Notes: a model not told the origin generated them from the letters alone. Numbered from the stretch's first letter, positions 13,342-22,275 are shown. The stretch: DNA of 39,869 nt from an uncultured Candidatus Saccharibacteria bacterium (GCA_964478575.1 CAYZIU010000001.1:1-39869); one strand, 5' to 3'. Numbers and translations: made by a program.

Positions 13342-14463
13342 ATAGATAAAAATAAAGAAAAAGAATTGATTGAAGCCCTCAATCTACGAACAGATGCGGA
13401 GGCTAATCGTATTAGGAATTATCTGTCTATGCCGGACTTGTCTAAGACAGAAGGAAGTCCGCTGCACGAAATAGTGAAAAGAGTGAAAGAGGTAAAAGCT
13501 CTAGAGGGACTCGACGTTATAAACATTCCAGAGATAGTTCCGTGTGATATAACTTTTGATCTTTTTGATTTTCCAGCAAATCACGTAGCGCGAAGTAAGT
13601 CTGACACATATTATGTTGATGAAAATAATATTTTGCGAACACACAATACCGTTTCTTGGTATTACTATTTTAATAACGAAGAAATAAAAGAGCGGGTAAA
13701 AAACAAAGAACACTTAGGCGCGCTATGTTTTGGAAAAGTTTATCGAAAAGATGAAATTGATCGCCGGCACATGAATGTCTTTCACCAGATAGATGGATGG
13801 AAGGTAATTCCAAATGAAGAAGGAATGATGCCACTTGATGAGCTAAAGAGGGTTCTTTCTGAAGTTGTTGAAACTGTTTTCGGAAAAGAAACAGAATATA
13901 GATTTCTAGATGATACATTTCCATACACTGATCCATCAACTCAGATTGAAGTGAAGGTAAACGGTGAGTGGGTAGAGATTCTGGGCGCGGGAATGATTAA
14001 GCCGTCTGTTTTGTCTAAAATGGGAATCGAAGGATACAACGGATGGGCTTTCGGTTTTGGAATTGAAAGACTTGCAATACTATCTCTCAACTTGCCAGAT
14101 ATTCGACTCCTTTGGTCAAACGATGAGCGTGTTAAAAAACAAATCGTCTGGGGCCAAACATACAAAGAGGTTAGCAAATACCCTCCGATAAAAAGAGATA
14201 TTTCTTTTATTGTTAACAAAAGTGAATTTACTCCAAACGATTATTTTGACCTTGCTCGTGATGTTATTGGAGATTTGGCAGAAGAAATGGCTCTTCTTGA
14301 TGAATATGAAAATGATGAAAAGTTTGGGGCAGGGAAGAAGAGTTATGCTTATCGTGTAACCTATAGATCATTAGAGAAGACTCTTACAGACGACGAGGTG
14401 AACGCACTACACAAGCAGTTAGAGAGCGAGACAGCCAAGGTTTTCAACGCTGAGATTAGATAG
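13330..14463 (+). CDS. pheS: Phenylalanine--tRNA ligase, single-chain type (PheS-like catalytic core fused to FDX-ACB anticodon-binding domain)
   Basis: Class II motif 2 'FGKVYRKDEIDRRHMNVFHQIDG' and motif 3 'GWAFGFGIERLAIL'. C-terminal aa 284-377 'YPPIKRDISF..NDYFDLARDVIGDLAEE..YRVTYRSLEKTLTDDEV' resemble the FARS2/PheT-B8 ferredoxin-fold domain. Confidence 0.85.
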   Translation: MEINIDKNKEKELIEALNLRTDAEANRIRNYLSMPDLSKTEGSPLHEIVKRVKEVKALEGLDVINIPEIVPCDITFDLFDFPANHVARSKSDTYYVDENNILRTHNTVSWYYYFNNEEIKERVKNKEHLGALCFGKVYRKDEIDRRHMNVFHQIDGWKVIPNEEGMMPLDELKRVLSEVVETVFGKETEYRFLDDTFPYTDPSTQIEVKVNGEWVEILGAGMIKPSVLSKMGIEGYNGWAFGFGIERLAILSLNLPDIRLLWSNDERVKKQIVWGQTYKEVSKYPPIKRDISFIVNKSEFTPNDYFDLARDVIGDLAEEMALLDEYENDEKFGAGKKSYAYRVTYRSLEKTLTDDEVNALHKQLESETAKVFNAEIR

Positions 14464-14550
14464 TGCGAGAGGTAGGGCAAAGGCCGTATAATTCGCTAGA
14501 ATTTATAGCTCAAAATCAACATAAAATCCTTGTTTTGCAAGGCAGAAAGA

Positions 14551-14572
14551 CTAGGCGGAAAGCCTGGTTTTT
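14551..14572 (+). terminator. Terminator after pheS, abutting the gyrB promoter
   Basis: CTAGGC-ggaaa-GCCTGG (one G-U pair) followed by TTTTT. Confidence 0.5.
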
Positions 14573-14580
14573 GGTATAAT
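14572..14580 (+). promoter_or_regulatory. Extended -10 promoter TGgTATAAT ending 6 nt before the gyrB ATG (leaderless-type)
   Basis: Exact TGnTATAAT-atcctt-ATG, immediately after the pheS terminator T-run. Confidence 0.55.
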
Positions 14581-14586
14581 ATCCTT

Positions 14587-16641
14587 ATGTCAAAAAAGGA
14601 ATATGGAGCAGAAGATATTTCAGTTCTAGAAGGGCTTGAGCCGGTAAGGCGTCGTCCAGGAATGTACATAGGAGGCACCGGAATAGAGGGTCTTCATCAT
14701 TTGATTTGGGAAATTTTCGACAACTGTCGAGATGAGGCAATGGCGGGCCACGCAAACCTAATTGAAATTGCATTACTTCCAAACAATAGAATAAGAATCG
14801 TAGATAACGGTAGAGGAATCCCAACTGGAATTCACCCAAAGACAAAAGTTTCTGCACTTGAAACAGTTATGACTGTCTTGCACGCCGGAGGAAAATTCGG
14901 TGGAGATGGTTATCGAGTTTCTGGAGGTCTTCACGGAGTGGGAGCTTCTGTGGTTAACGCTCTTTCAATTTACACAAAAGCAGAAGTTCACAGAGAAGGA
15001 GGGAAGTTTGTTCAAGAATATTCTCAAGGAAAAAGAAAAGCTCTTGTAAAAAAAGTTGGTCCTTCAAAACTCCGAGGAACAATAATTAGCTTCGAACCAG
15101 ATCCAGAAATTTTTAAAGAAATAAAATTTGAATGGAACACTATTGTTAACAGATTTCGTCAGCAAGCATATCTCGTGAAGGGTCTTCGGGTAAACATTGT
15201 AGACGCCAGAGAATCTACCGAAAAAATAAATCTTGACGACACATTTTGGGCAAAGGATATTCTAAAAAATAATCCAAGCTACTCGTTTTACTTTGAAGGA
15301 GGACTTGCTTCTCTTATTCGTTTTTATAACCGAAACGAAAAAGCTGTTCAAGAAAGTATTTTTTATTTTGAAAAAGAAGTTGACGGAGTTGGTGTTGAAG
15401 TGGCTCTGCAATATGTAGACGATATTTCTGCGAAGATTGTTGCTTTTGCAAACAATATTTATAACTCAGAAGGAGGAACACAGGTTACAGGATTTAAGAT
15501 GGCACTTACTCGTCTTCTTAACTCTTATGCCAAGAAAAACAACTTAATAAAAGAAGCTGACGGAGCTTTTACTGGAGATGATGTCTTAGAAGGACTTACT
15601 GCAGTTATTTCTGTTAAGTTGCCGGAGATCCAATTCGAAGGACAGACAAAGGCAAAGCTTGGGTCTCCCGAGGCGCAAGGAGCGACGGCTACGGCCTTCG
15701 GAGAGGCATTTGAGAGCTTTCTAGAGGAGAATCCAGATCAAGCTAAGGCAATCATAAATAAGGTAATTCTTGCGGTTAGAGCTCGAAAGGCTGCCAAAGC
15801 AGCCAAGGATTCAATACTCCGAAAAGGGGCACTAGATGGAATGACTCTTCCAGGAAAACTCGCTGACTGTCAGGTTAAATCTTCAGAAGAAGCTGAGTTG
15901 TTTATTGTGGAGGGAGACTCTGCGGGGGGAACAGCGAAAATGGGACGAGACAGAAGAACTCAGGCTATCCTGCCGCTTAGAGGAAAAATTTTGAATACAG
16001 AAAGAGCAAGACTAGATGTGATGATGGAATCAGAGCAGGTGAGAAACTTGATTGTTGCTTTTGGAACAGCCATTGGAGATGTGTTTGATATTTCAAAACT
16101 TCGATATCACAAAATAATTATTGCAACAGACGCGGACGTGGACGGTTCTCACATTACAACTCTTATTCTTACACTACTATTTAGATATTTCCGACCGCTT
16201 ATTGATGCTGGACATATATACATTGCTCAACCACCTCTTTATAAAATAAAAAGAGGAAAAGAGCTTCACTATGTTTATTCTGATGAAGAAAAATTTGCGA
16301 TCATAGGTAAAGATGCACCTGAGCTTGAAGAGTTACTAGAAAAAGCTGAAGAGGATATGGAGGAAGGTGAAGAAGAATCTGAAGAGGAGGAAACAAAAGC
16401 AAAATCTACAAAACCAAAGTCTACAAAATGGAATATTCAAAGATATAAAGGTTTGGGAGAAATGAACGCAGAAGAGCTATGGGAGACAACAATGGATCCA
16501 GCTAGAAGAGTGTTGAAACAAGTGAACATCGAAGACGCTGAACTCGCTGACCAAGTATTTGATATGTTGATGGGTAAAGAAGTTGGACCACGAAAGAACT
16601 TCATTCAAACAAACGCAAAATACGCGGAGATAGATATATAA
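14587..16641 (+). CDS. gyrB: DNA gyrase subunit B (type IIA topoisomerase ATPase subunit)
   Basis: 'YGAEDISVLEGLEPVRRRPGMYIG', GHKL ATPase motifs, Toprim 'ELFIVEGDSAGG', 'IIATDADVDGSHI', C-terminal 'YKGLGEM'. The start is moved to ATG 14587 because the ORF-track extension runs through a terminator and promoter. Confidence 0.9.
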   Translation: MSKKEYGAEDISVLEGLEPVRRRPGMYIGGTGIEGLHHLIWEIFDNCRDEAMAGHANLIEIALLPNNRIRIVDNGRGIPTGIHPKTKVSALETVMTVLHAGGKFGGDGYRVSGGLHGVGASVVNALSIYTKAEVHREGGKFVQEYSQGKRKALVKKVGPSKLRGTIISFEPDPEIFKEIKFEWNTIVNRFRQQAYLVKGLRVNIVDARESTEKINLDDTFWAKDILKNNPSYSFYFEGGLASLIRFYNRNEKAVQESIFYFEKEVDGVGVEVALQYVDDISAKIVAFANNIYNSEGGTQVTGFKMALTRLLNSYAKKNNLIKEADGAFTGDDVLEGLTAVISVKLPEIQFEGQTKAKLGSPEAQGATATAFGEAFESFLEENPDQAKAIINKVILAVRARKAAKAAKDSILRKGALDGMTLPGKLADCQVKSSEEAELFIVEGDSAGGTAKMGRDRRTQAILPLRGKILNTERARLDVMMESEQVRNLIVAFGTAIGDVFDISKLRYHKIIIATDADVDGSHITTLILTLLFRYFRPLIDAGHIYIAQPPLYKIKRGKELHYVYSDEEKFAIIGKDAPELEELLEKAEEDMEEGEEESEEEETKAKSTKPKSTKWNIQRYKGLGEMNAEELWETTMDPARRVLKQVNIEDAELADQVFDMLMGKEVGPRKNFIQTNAKYAEIDI

Positions 16642-16688
16642 AAAATAGGTTCTAGCTTCTAGCTGTTAGGTTATAGAAAAAAGAAAAC

Positions 16689-16718
16689 AAAAAAACCTCA
16701 CAATCGTGAGGTTTTTTT
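16689..16718. terminator. Bidirectional terminator between convergent gyrB and thrS
   Basis: AAAAAAA-CCTCAC-aatc-GTGAGG-TTTTTTT. Confidence 0.8.
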
Positions 16719-16719
16719 G

Positions 16720-18474
16720 TTAGATTCTATTTTTTATCTCATGATCGATAACTGCAAGGAATTGGTCTGTTTCAATTACTTCTTTTGTTCCGTCTCGTTT
16801 TTCTACAGCTAGTGCATTGTTTTGTATTTCTTTGTCTCCAACTACGAGGATGTAGGGAGTTCTCTCTTTTTTAGCTTCGTGGATTCTTGTTCCTAGATTT
16901 CCATTGTCTCCGTAAACTACAACCCTAGCGTTTATATTTTTTAGTTTTTCAGCTAGTGCATTTGCGTAATCTTGATGTTGTTCCTTCACAGGAATAATCG
17001 CAACTTGAGTAGGAGAGAGCCAAGTAGGGAAGTTTCCAGAGTAATACTCAATTAGGAATGCCATAATTCTCTCGATTGCTCCGATTGAAGAACGATGAAC
17101 CACGAAAGGTTTCTTGTCTGTTCCATCACTTGCCTTATATGTTAGGTCAAATCTTGTTGGCATACAGAAATCGTACTGAACTGTAAAGGCCGTGTCTTCT
17201 TTGCCATTCACATTTTTCATTTGGATATCAATCTTTGGTCCATAGAAAGCAGCCTCACCCTTTGCTTCAACGAATTTACCACCTCTTTTTTCTAAGAGAT
17301 CACGCATAAGAGATTCTCCTTTTTCCCATGCCTCATCATCCTTGTAGTATTTTTCTTGATCTTCTCGATCTCCAAGGGACAATCTATACCAATAATTCTC
17401 TCCCTTCTTTAGTCCGAGTTTTTCTGTAATAAACTCAATCAAGTCCAACGCTCCGGCAATTTCAGAAGCTGCCTGTTCTTCGTCGGCGCAGATAATATGT
17501 GCATCAGCAAGACAGAAAGTTCTCACTCTTTGCAGTCCTGAAAGCTCTCCCGATTGTTCATATCGATATAGTTGAGCAAGCTCTGCAATTCTCATTGGCA
17601 GGTCTCTGTAACTGTGAGGTTTTGAAGAATAAAGTTCGAAGTGGTGAGGGCAAGTCATTGGGCGAAGCATAAATTCTTCATCATCAATCACAATTGGTGC
17701 GTACATTGATTCTTTGTAGTAAGGATAGTGTCCACTTTTCTTATATAGATCAAGCTTTGCTATGTCTGGAGTGTAAACATGAAGATATCCTCGGCGGATT
17801 TCTTCGTCCACAATAAATCTTTCTAGTTCTCGGCGAATAGTTGAACCCTTTGGTGTCCAAAGTGGCAAACCTTTTCCGACAACAGGGGAGAAAACAAATA
17901 GATCCAGCTCTTTCCCTAACTTTTTGTGGTCTCGAGCTTGGGCGTCTTCACGATTTTTTGAATATTCATCTAGAGCGTCTTTTGACTCAAAGGCTAGTCC
18001 GTAAATACGAGTTAGCATTTTATTTTTTTCGTCTCCTCTCCAGTATGCACCGGCAACTCGGTCTAACTTGAAAGAGTCTATTGCGATTTCTTCTTTTGGA
18101 TTTTCAGTGTGGCCTCCGCGACAAAGGTCGGTAAAATTACCAACTGTATAAAAAGTTATTGTTTCTCCTCTTTCAGAAATTTCCTCGATTAGTTCTTTTT
18201 TGTATTCATTGTCTTTGTAGTACTCAAGAGCTTCTTCTTTTGTTTGTCCTTTGTGAGAGAATTTATCCCAATTTTTTAGGAGTTCTTTCATTTTTTCTTC
18301 TATTTTTTCAAGATCTGCGTCTGTCACTTTGCCTTCAACATCAATGTCGTAGTAGAAACCATTATCAATTGCAGGACCAAGGGTTAACTTGCTTCCTGGG
18401 TAAAGGTCCATCACAGATGCCCCTAGAAGGTGGGCGAGAGTGTGGCGGATGTGTTCTAGTTTTTGTTCTGTCAT
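16720..18474 (-). CDS. thrS: Threonine--tRNA ligase lacking the N-terminal TGS domain
   Basis: Starts at the editing-domain motif 'HIRHTLAHLLG..GPAIDNGFYYD'. Class II core 'RVRTFCLADAHIIC'. C-terminal anticodon-binding domain 'IPVKEQH..YA'. Confidence 0.9.
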   Translation of the reverse strand: MTEQKLEHIRHTLAHLLGASVMDLYPGSKLTLGPAIDNGFYYDIDVEGKVTDADLEKIEEKMKELLKNWDKFSHKGQTKEEALEYYKDNEYKKELIEEISERGETITFYTVGNFTDLCRGGHTENPKEEIAIDSFKLDRVAGAYWRGDEKNKMLTRIYGLAFESKDALDEYSKNREDAQARDHKKLGKELDLFVFSPVVGKGLPLWTPKGSTIRRELERFIVDEEIRRGYLHVYTPDIAKLDLYKKSGHYPYYKESMYAPIVIDDEEFMLRPMTCPHHFELYSSKPHSYRDLPMRIAELAQLYRYEQSGELSGLQRVRTFCLADAHIICADEEQAASEIAGALDLIEFITEKLGLKKGENYWYRLSLGDREDQEKYYKDDEAWEKGESLMRDLLEKRGGKFVEAKGEAAFYGPKIDIQMKNVNGKEDTAFTVQYDFCMPTRFDLTYKASDGTDKKPFVVHRSSIGAIERIMAFLIEYYSGNFPTWLSPTQVAIIPVKEQHQDYANALAEKLKNINARVVVYGDNGNLGTRIHEAKKERTPYILVVGDKEIQNNALAVEKRDGTKEVIETDQFLAVIDHEIKNRI

Positions 18475-18480
18475 AAGGCT

Positions 18481-18489
18481 ATATTAACA
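18481..18489 (-). promoter_or_regulatory. Extended -10 promoter TGtTAATAT (minus) ending 6 nt before the thrS ATG
   Basis: The reverse complement reads TGTTAATAT-agcctt-ATG. Confidence 0.55.
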
Positions 18490-18513
18490 TATTTTTTTAT
18501 TTTCATATTTAGA

Positions 18514-18540
18514 TTGACATTATCTCTTTTTTATTATAAA
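18514..18540 (+). promoter_or_regulatory. Possible promoter TTGACA-N15-TATAAA for gene 18559
   Basis: Consensus -35, but the 15-nt spacer is short. Confidence 0.3.
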
Positions 18541-18558
18541 TTGCCAAAAAACCGTTAT

Positions 18559-18876
18559 ATGAAAAATTTAACGCTTTTACTGTTTCTTTTACCAACCTTA
18601 GTTTTTTCCCAAAATAATAAGAACCTTAATGACTCTGATCTTGTTGTGGTGAAGACTTTTGAAAATATGGAGTTTGTATATTATGTTTGTGAAAGATCGT
18701 ATCCGATAAACGATTCACTTAATATGAAAGTTCTCAAAACTTACTCCGGAGACAATGTGGAGGAAGACGCTGTGAAAAAGATATTTTTGGGTGAGAAGAT
18801 TGTTTTTGGCGATACAATAGGAGAGCCGTACTATGAAAATGTCTCCTTGTTTATCAGGGTTAAAAAACAGATATAG
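18559..18876 (+). CDS. Small secreted hypothetical protein
   Basis: Signal peptide MKNLTLLLFLLPTLVFSQ. Upstream of this ATG the ORF-track extension overlaps the thrS start and promoter. Confidence 0.45.
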   Translation: MKNLTLLLFLLPTLVFSQNNKNLNDSDLVVVKTFENMEFVYYVCERSYPINDSLNMKVLKTYSGDNVEEDAVKKIFLGEKIVFGDTIGEPYYENVSLFIRVKKQI

Positions 18877-19029
18877 AAAGAATATATCTGGAAAAAAAGA
18901 CCGGAAAAATAAGATATGAAATAGTTTCCCGCGAGGCAAAGACTCAAACTTTAAACGAGCTTGGTTGGGCAACTGCCGGAGCCGCGCTCGTTGCTGTAGT
19001 TGTGACTATAATTATTGTGGTGCAAAATA

Positions 19030-19057
19030 CCCGTTAGCTTTATGCACGGGATTTTTT
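19030..19057 (+). terminator. Plus-oriented terminator-like hairpin in the 220-nt spacer before the dnaE 3' end
   Basis: CCCGT(19030-19034)/ACGGG(19046-19050) followed by TTTTTT. There is no annotated plus-strand gene within 150 nt upstream. Confidence 0.45.
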
Positions 19058-19096
19058 ATTTCAATATTGTTTCGGAATCCAGATTTTCTTCGCGCT

Positions 19097-22000
19097 TTAT
19101 ATTTTTCTAATTTTGTCTACTTGAACGCTTTTCTCTCCATCTCGGACGGCAATTTTTCCCTCTATTGCAACTAGGACACCTTCTTCTAGATCAGCGCCAC
19201 TTTTTTGGAAAGTATCTGAAAATATTACACACTCAATATTTCCAGTTAAGTCAGATATTTTAACGAAAGCCATTCTAGTTTGTTTTTTTGTAATGATTGT
19301 TTTTACTTCATCAATATGGGCAATCAGCGTGATTGGATATCCGTGTTTTGCAATCTCTATTATTTTACTTATTGTCATTCCAGTTTTTTCTATCAAATCA
19401 GATTTTTCTTCAAGGGGATGCCCAGAAATATAAAGTCCAATTAGTTCTTTTTCCCAAAGTAGCTTTTGAGATTTTGTTGCAGGTGGAGCGTCATCAAGTT
19501 TTAATCCAGTCCCAACCTGCATATCACCAAATAAACTTTCTTGTGCTTTGCCTGCTAATACGCCACGATTGTATTCTAGAAGTTTTTCAAAGTTTGCAAC
19601 CAGTTGGCCTCTTTCTCCAAAGGCGTCCATTGATCCGCTCATAATCATAGATTCAAGAGATTTTTTGTTTAGATTTTTATGATGAACTCTATCCAAGAAG
19701 TTTTCGATTGAAGTAAATCGTCCTCCAATTTTTCTCTCTTCAATTACGGCTTCAGCAATATCGTGTCCCAGGTTTTTTATTGAGCTTAGTCCAAAGCGGA
19801 TTTTTTCACTTTTACCCTCAGAGCCCATTATTGCAGTGAAAGGATAAAGTGATTCATTCACATCAGGGGGTAAAACAGGAATTCCCATTCGTTCACATTC
19901 TTTTATGTAAGTTGTAACAGTTTCGATGTCTCCCGATTCTGCTGATAGTGCCGCTGACATATATTCAACGGGAAAGTTCGCTTTCATGTAAGCTGTTTGA
20001 TAAGCTACTCGTCCATAACTTGCGGCGTGAGCTTTGTTAAATCCGTATGCGGCGAAAGGAACAATCCAACTCCAAAGCTCTTCTGCTTTTTCTTTACTAA
20101 AACCTGATTTTTCTATACAACCTTTTGTAAATTTATCGTGCTGAGCATCCATCTCTTCAGGAATCTTTTTTCCAACCGCTTTTCGGAACTTATCCACCTC
20201 TCCCCAGGAATACCCTGCGATATCTTTTGCAATAAAAAGTAGGTCATCTTGGTAAACAAGAATTCCATAACTTCGCTCAAGAATTGGTTTTAGAAGTGGG
20301 TCGAAATATTTAACTAGAGAAGGATTATGTTTTCGGGCGATATAGTCAGGGATGAACTGCATTGGTCCCGGACGATAAAGTGCCACCATCGCGTTGATGT
20401 CGTGAATGCTGGAAGGCTTCAGTTCTTTTAGAAATCTTGTCATTCCAGATCCGTTAAGTTGGAAAAGAGCTTCTGTCTGTCCACTAGCTAGTAGTTCAAA
20501 AGTTTTCAAGTCATCAAGTGGAATTTTTTCTATATCAACCTCTATGTCGTATAGTTTTTTTACAATCGCTATTGCGTCGTGAAGAATTGAAAGGTTTCGA
20601 AGTCCAAGGAAATCAAACTTGATAAGTCCTGCTTCTTCAATCGTATACATATCATATTGACTGATAACTTTTCCACCTTTCGGATCGAGCTGGATTGGAG
20701 TGAAGTCTGTTAGTGGAGTAGGGGAGATCACAACCCCTGCAGCGTGGACGCTGATGTGTCGAGCACAACCTTCAATCTTCATTGCCATATCTAAAATAAA
20801 TTTTGTATTCCTATCGTTTTTATAAGCTTCATCTAAATCAGGAACAAGCTCAAGTGCGTGTTTTATCGTCATTGGAAAACCCTGACTTCCCATCGGAATC
20901 ATTTTTGAAATTTTATCTCCAACAGAATATGGATATCCAAGCGCTCGTGCCACATCTCGCACCGCTCCTCGAGCCATCATTGTTCCAAATGTTCCAATCT
21001 GGGCCACTTTGTCTTCTCCGTATTTGGCTCGAACATAATCAAGCATCTGGTCTCGTTTGTCGTCGGCGTAGTCCATATCGATATCGGGGGCTGAAGGACG
21101 TTCTGGGTTTAGGAATCTCTCGAATGGAAGTTTGTAATCAATTGGATCAACTTTTGTAACTCCGGTTAAGAATGTTGTCAAACTTCCCGCGACCGATCCT
21201 CTGATATTTGTGTATATATCATTGTTCTCGGCATGATGGAGCAAGTCAGCCACAATCAGAATATATTTTGAAAATCCTTTGTTCTTGATAATTTCAAGTT
21301 CGTATTCAAGTCTGTCGACATATTCTTGCGTTTTCGGTAGTCCTTTTTTTTCGAAGCCAGCATAAGCCAGTTCTTTTAAGTGTTCATCAGCTCCTTGTCC
21401 GCCCTCAATTTCGAAGTTAGGGAAATACCAAGAGCCTAGATTTAATTTTAGATCAATTGACTCGGCAACTTTCTCTGTATTTTTTACAGCCTCGGGATAG
21501 TCTTTGAAAATTTGGTCTATTTCTTTTGGAGAGATGAAAGAATAATCTCCATCCATTTTGAAATTATTGTTGTTGGTGTTTATGGCCAGAAGTGTGTTGT
21601 GTGCCTCTTTATCATCTTCATTAAGATAATGAGAATCCCAAGTTGCAACTAAAGGAAGAGAAAGACTCTCTGCGAGGGCTTTTATTTTTGGTAGAAGTGG
21701 AAGATACCAGTCAACTTCTTTGTGGTTCATTATTTCAACAAAAACATTTTCTTTTCCGAAAACAGAAATATAAAATTGCAAAATCTTTCTCGCTTCTTCT
21801 TCAGCTCCTTGTCGAAGTAGGGAAATGAATTTGCTTCCTGGGCAACCTGAAAGACATATTATTCCTTCTCCGTGTTCTCGTAGAAGTTCAAGGTCGGCTC
21901 GTGGTTTGTAATAAAATCCCTCCAAGTAGGCACGCGAGACAATTCGCATTAGATTTTTGTAACCAGTTTCGTTTTTTGCCAGAAGTGTTAGGTGATAGCT

Positions 22001-22267
22001 TTTGTTGTCAGTTCCTGATTCCATGTCTTTTCGCGTCCTTTCGGCCATATAAATCTCACACCCGATTATTGGCTTGATTCCATTTTTTTCGCACTCTTTG
22101 TAAAACTCGATAGCCCCGTACATATTTCCGTGGTCAGTTAGAGCGAGAGCTGTGGCACCGTAAGATTTTGCCTTTTTAACAAGGTCAGGAATTTTACTCA
22201 TTCCATCTAGTAGGGAGTAATGTGAATGCGTGTGGAGATGGGTAAATGGGAGCTTAGGGTCGTTCAT
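19097..22267 (-). CDS. dnaE: DNA polymerase III alpha subunit
   Basis: 1056 aa. N-terminal PHP domain 'FTHLHTHSHYSLLDG', polymerase core 'PDIDMDY', HhH and C-terminal OB fold. Confidence 0.95.
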   Translation of the reverse strand: MNDPKLPFTHLHTHSHYSLLDGMSKIPDLVKKAKSYGATALALTDHGNMYGAIEFYKECEKNGIKPIIGCEIYMAERTRKDMESGTDNKSYHLTLLAKNETGYKNLMRIVSRAYLEGFYYKPRADLELLREHGEGIICLSGCPGSKFISLLRQGAEEEARKILQFYISVFGKENVFVEIMNHKEVDWYLPLLPKIKALAESLSLPLVATWDSHYLNEDDKEAHNTLLAINTNNNNFKMDGDYSFISPKEIDQIFKDYPEAVKNTEKVAESIDLKLNLGSWYFPNFEIEGGQGADEHLKELAYAGFEKKGLPKTQEYVDRLEYELEIIKNKGFSKYILIVADLLHHAENNDIYTNIRGSVAGSLTTFLTGVTKVDPIDYKLPFERFLNPERPSAPDIDMDYADDKRDQMLDYVRAKYGEDKVAQIGTFGTMMARGAVRDVARALGYPYSVGDKISKMIPMGSQGFPMTIKHALELVPDLDEAYKNDRNTKFILDMAMKIEGCARHISVHAAGVVISPTPLTDFTPIQLDPKGGKVISQYDMYTIEEAGLIKFDFLGLRNLSILHDAIAIVKKLYDIEVDIEKIPLDDLKTFELLASGQTEALFQLNGSGMTRFLKELKPSSIHDINAMVALYRPGPMQFIPDYIARKHNPSLVKYFDPLLKPILERSYGILVYQDDLLFIAKDIAGYSWGEVDKFRKAVGKKIPEEMDAQHDKFTKGCIEKSGFSKEKAEELWSWIVPFAAYGFNKAHAASYGRVAYQTAYMKANFPVEYMSAALSAESGDIETVTTYIKECERMGIPVLPPDVNESLYPFTAIMGSEGKSEKIRFGLSSIKNLGHDIAEAVIEERKIGGRFTSIENFLDRVHHKNLNKKSLESMIMSGSMDAFGERGQLVANFEKLLEYNRGVLAGKAQESLFGDMQVGTGLKLDDAPPATKSQKLLWEKELIGLYISGHPLEEKSDLIEKTGMTISKIIEIAKHGYPITLIAHIDEVKTIITKKQTRMAFVKISDLTGNIECVIFSDTFQKSGADLEEGVLVAIEGKIAVRDGEKSVQVDKIRKI

Positions 22268-22275
22268 GTTGAGCT

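Noticed and set aside
14530-14586. N-terminal extensions of ORF-track models (14530 gyrB, 23194 rnhB, 24894 rpmF, 35202, 35842 trmD, 18463, 37342, 38135, 26180, 9636, 32443)
   Set aside because: The extensions run through upstream terminator hairpins or -10 boxes, or use TTG/GTG when a nearby ATG gives the conserved protein N-terminus. Starts were moved downstream accordingly.
18965-19174. 69-aa Cys-rich plus-strand ORF (MGNCRSRARCCSC...)
   Set aside because: It runs across a terminator hairpin and antisense into the dnaE 3' end. Most likely spurious.
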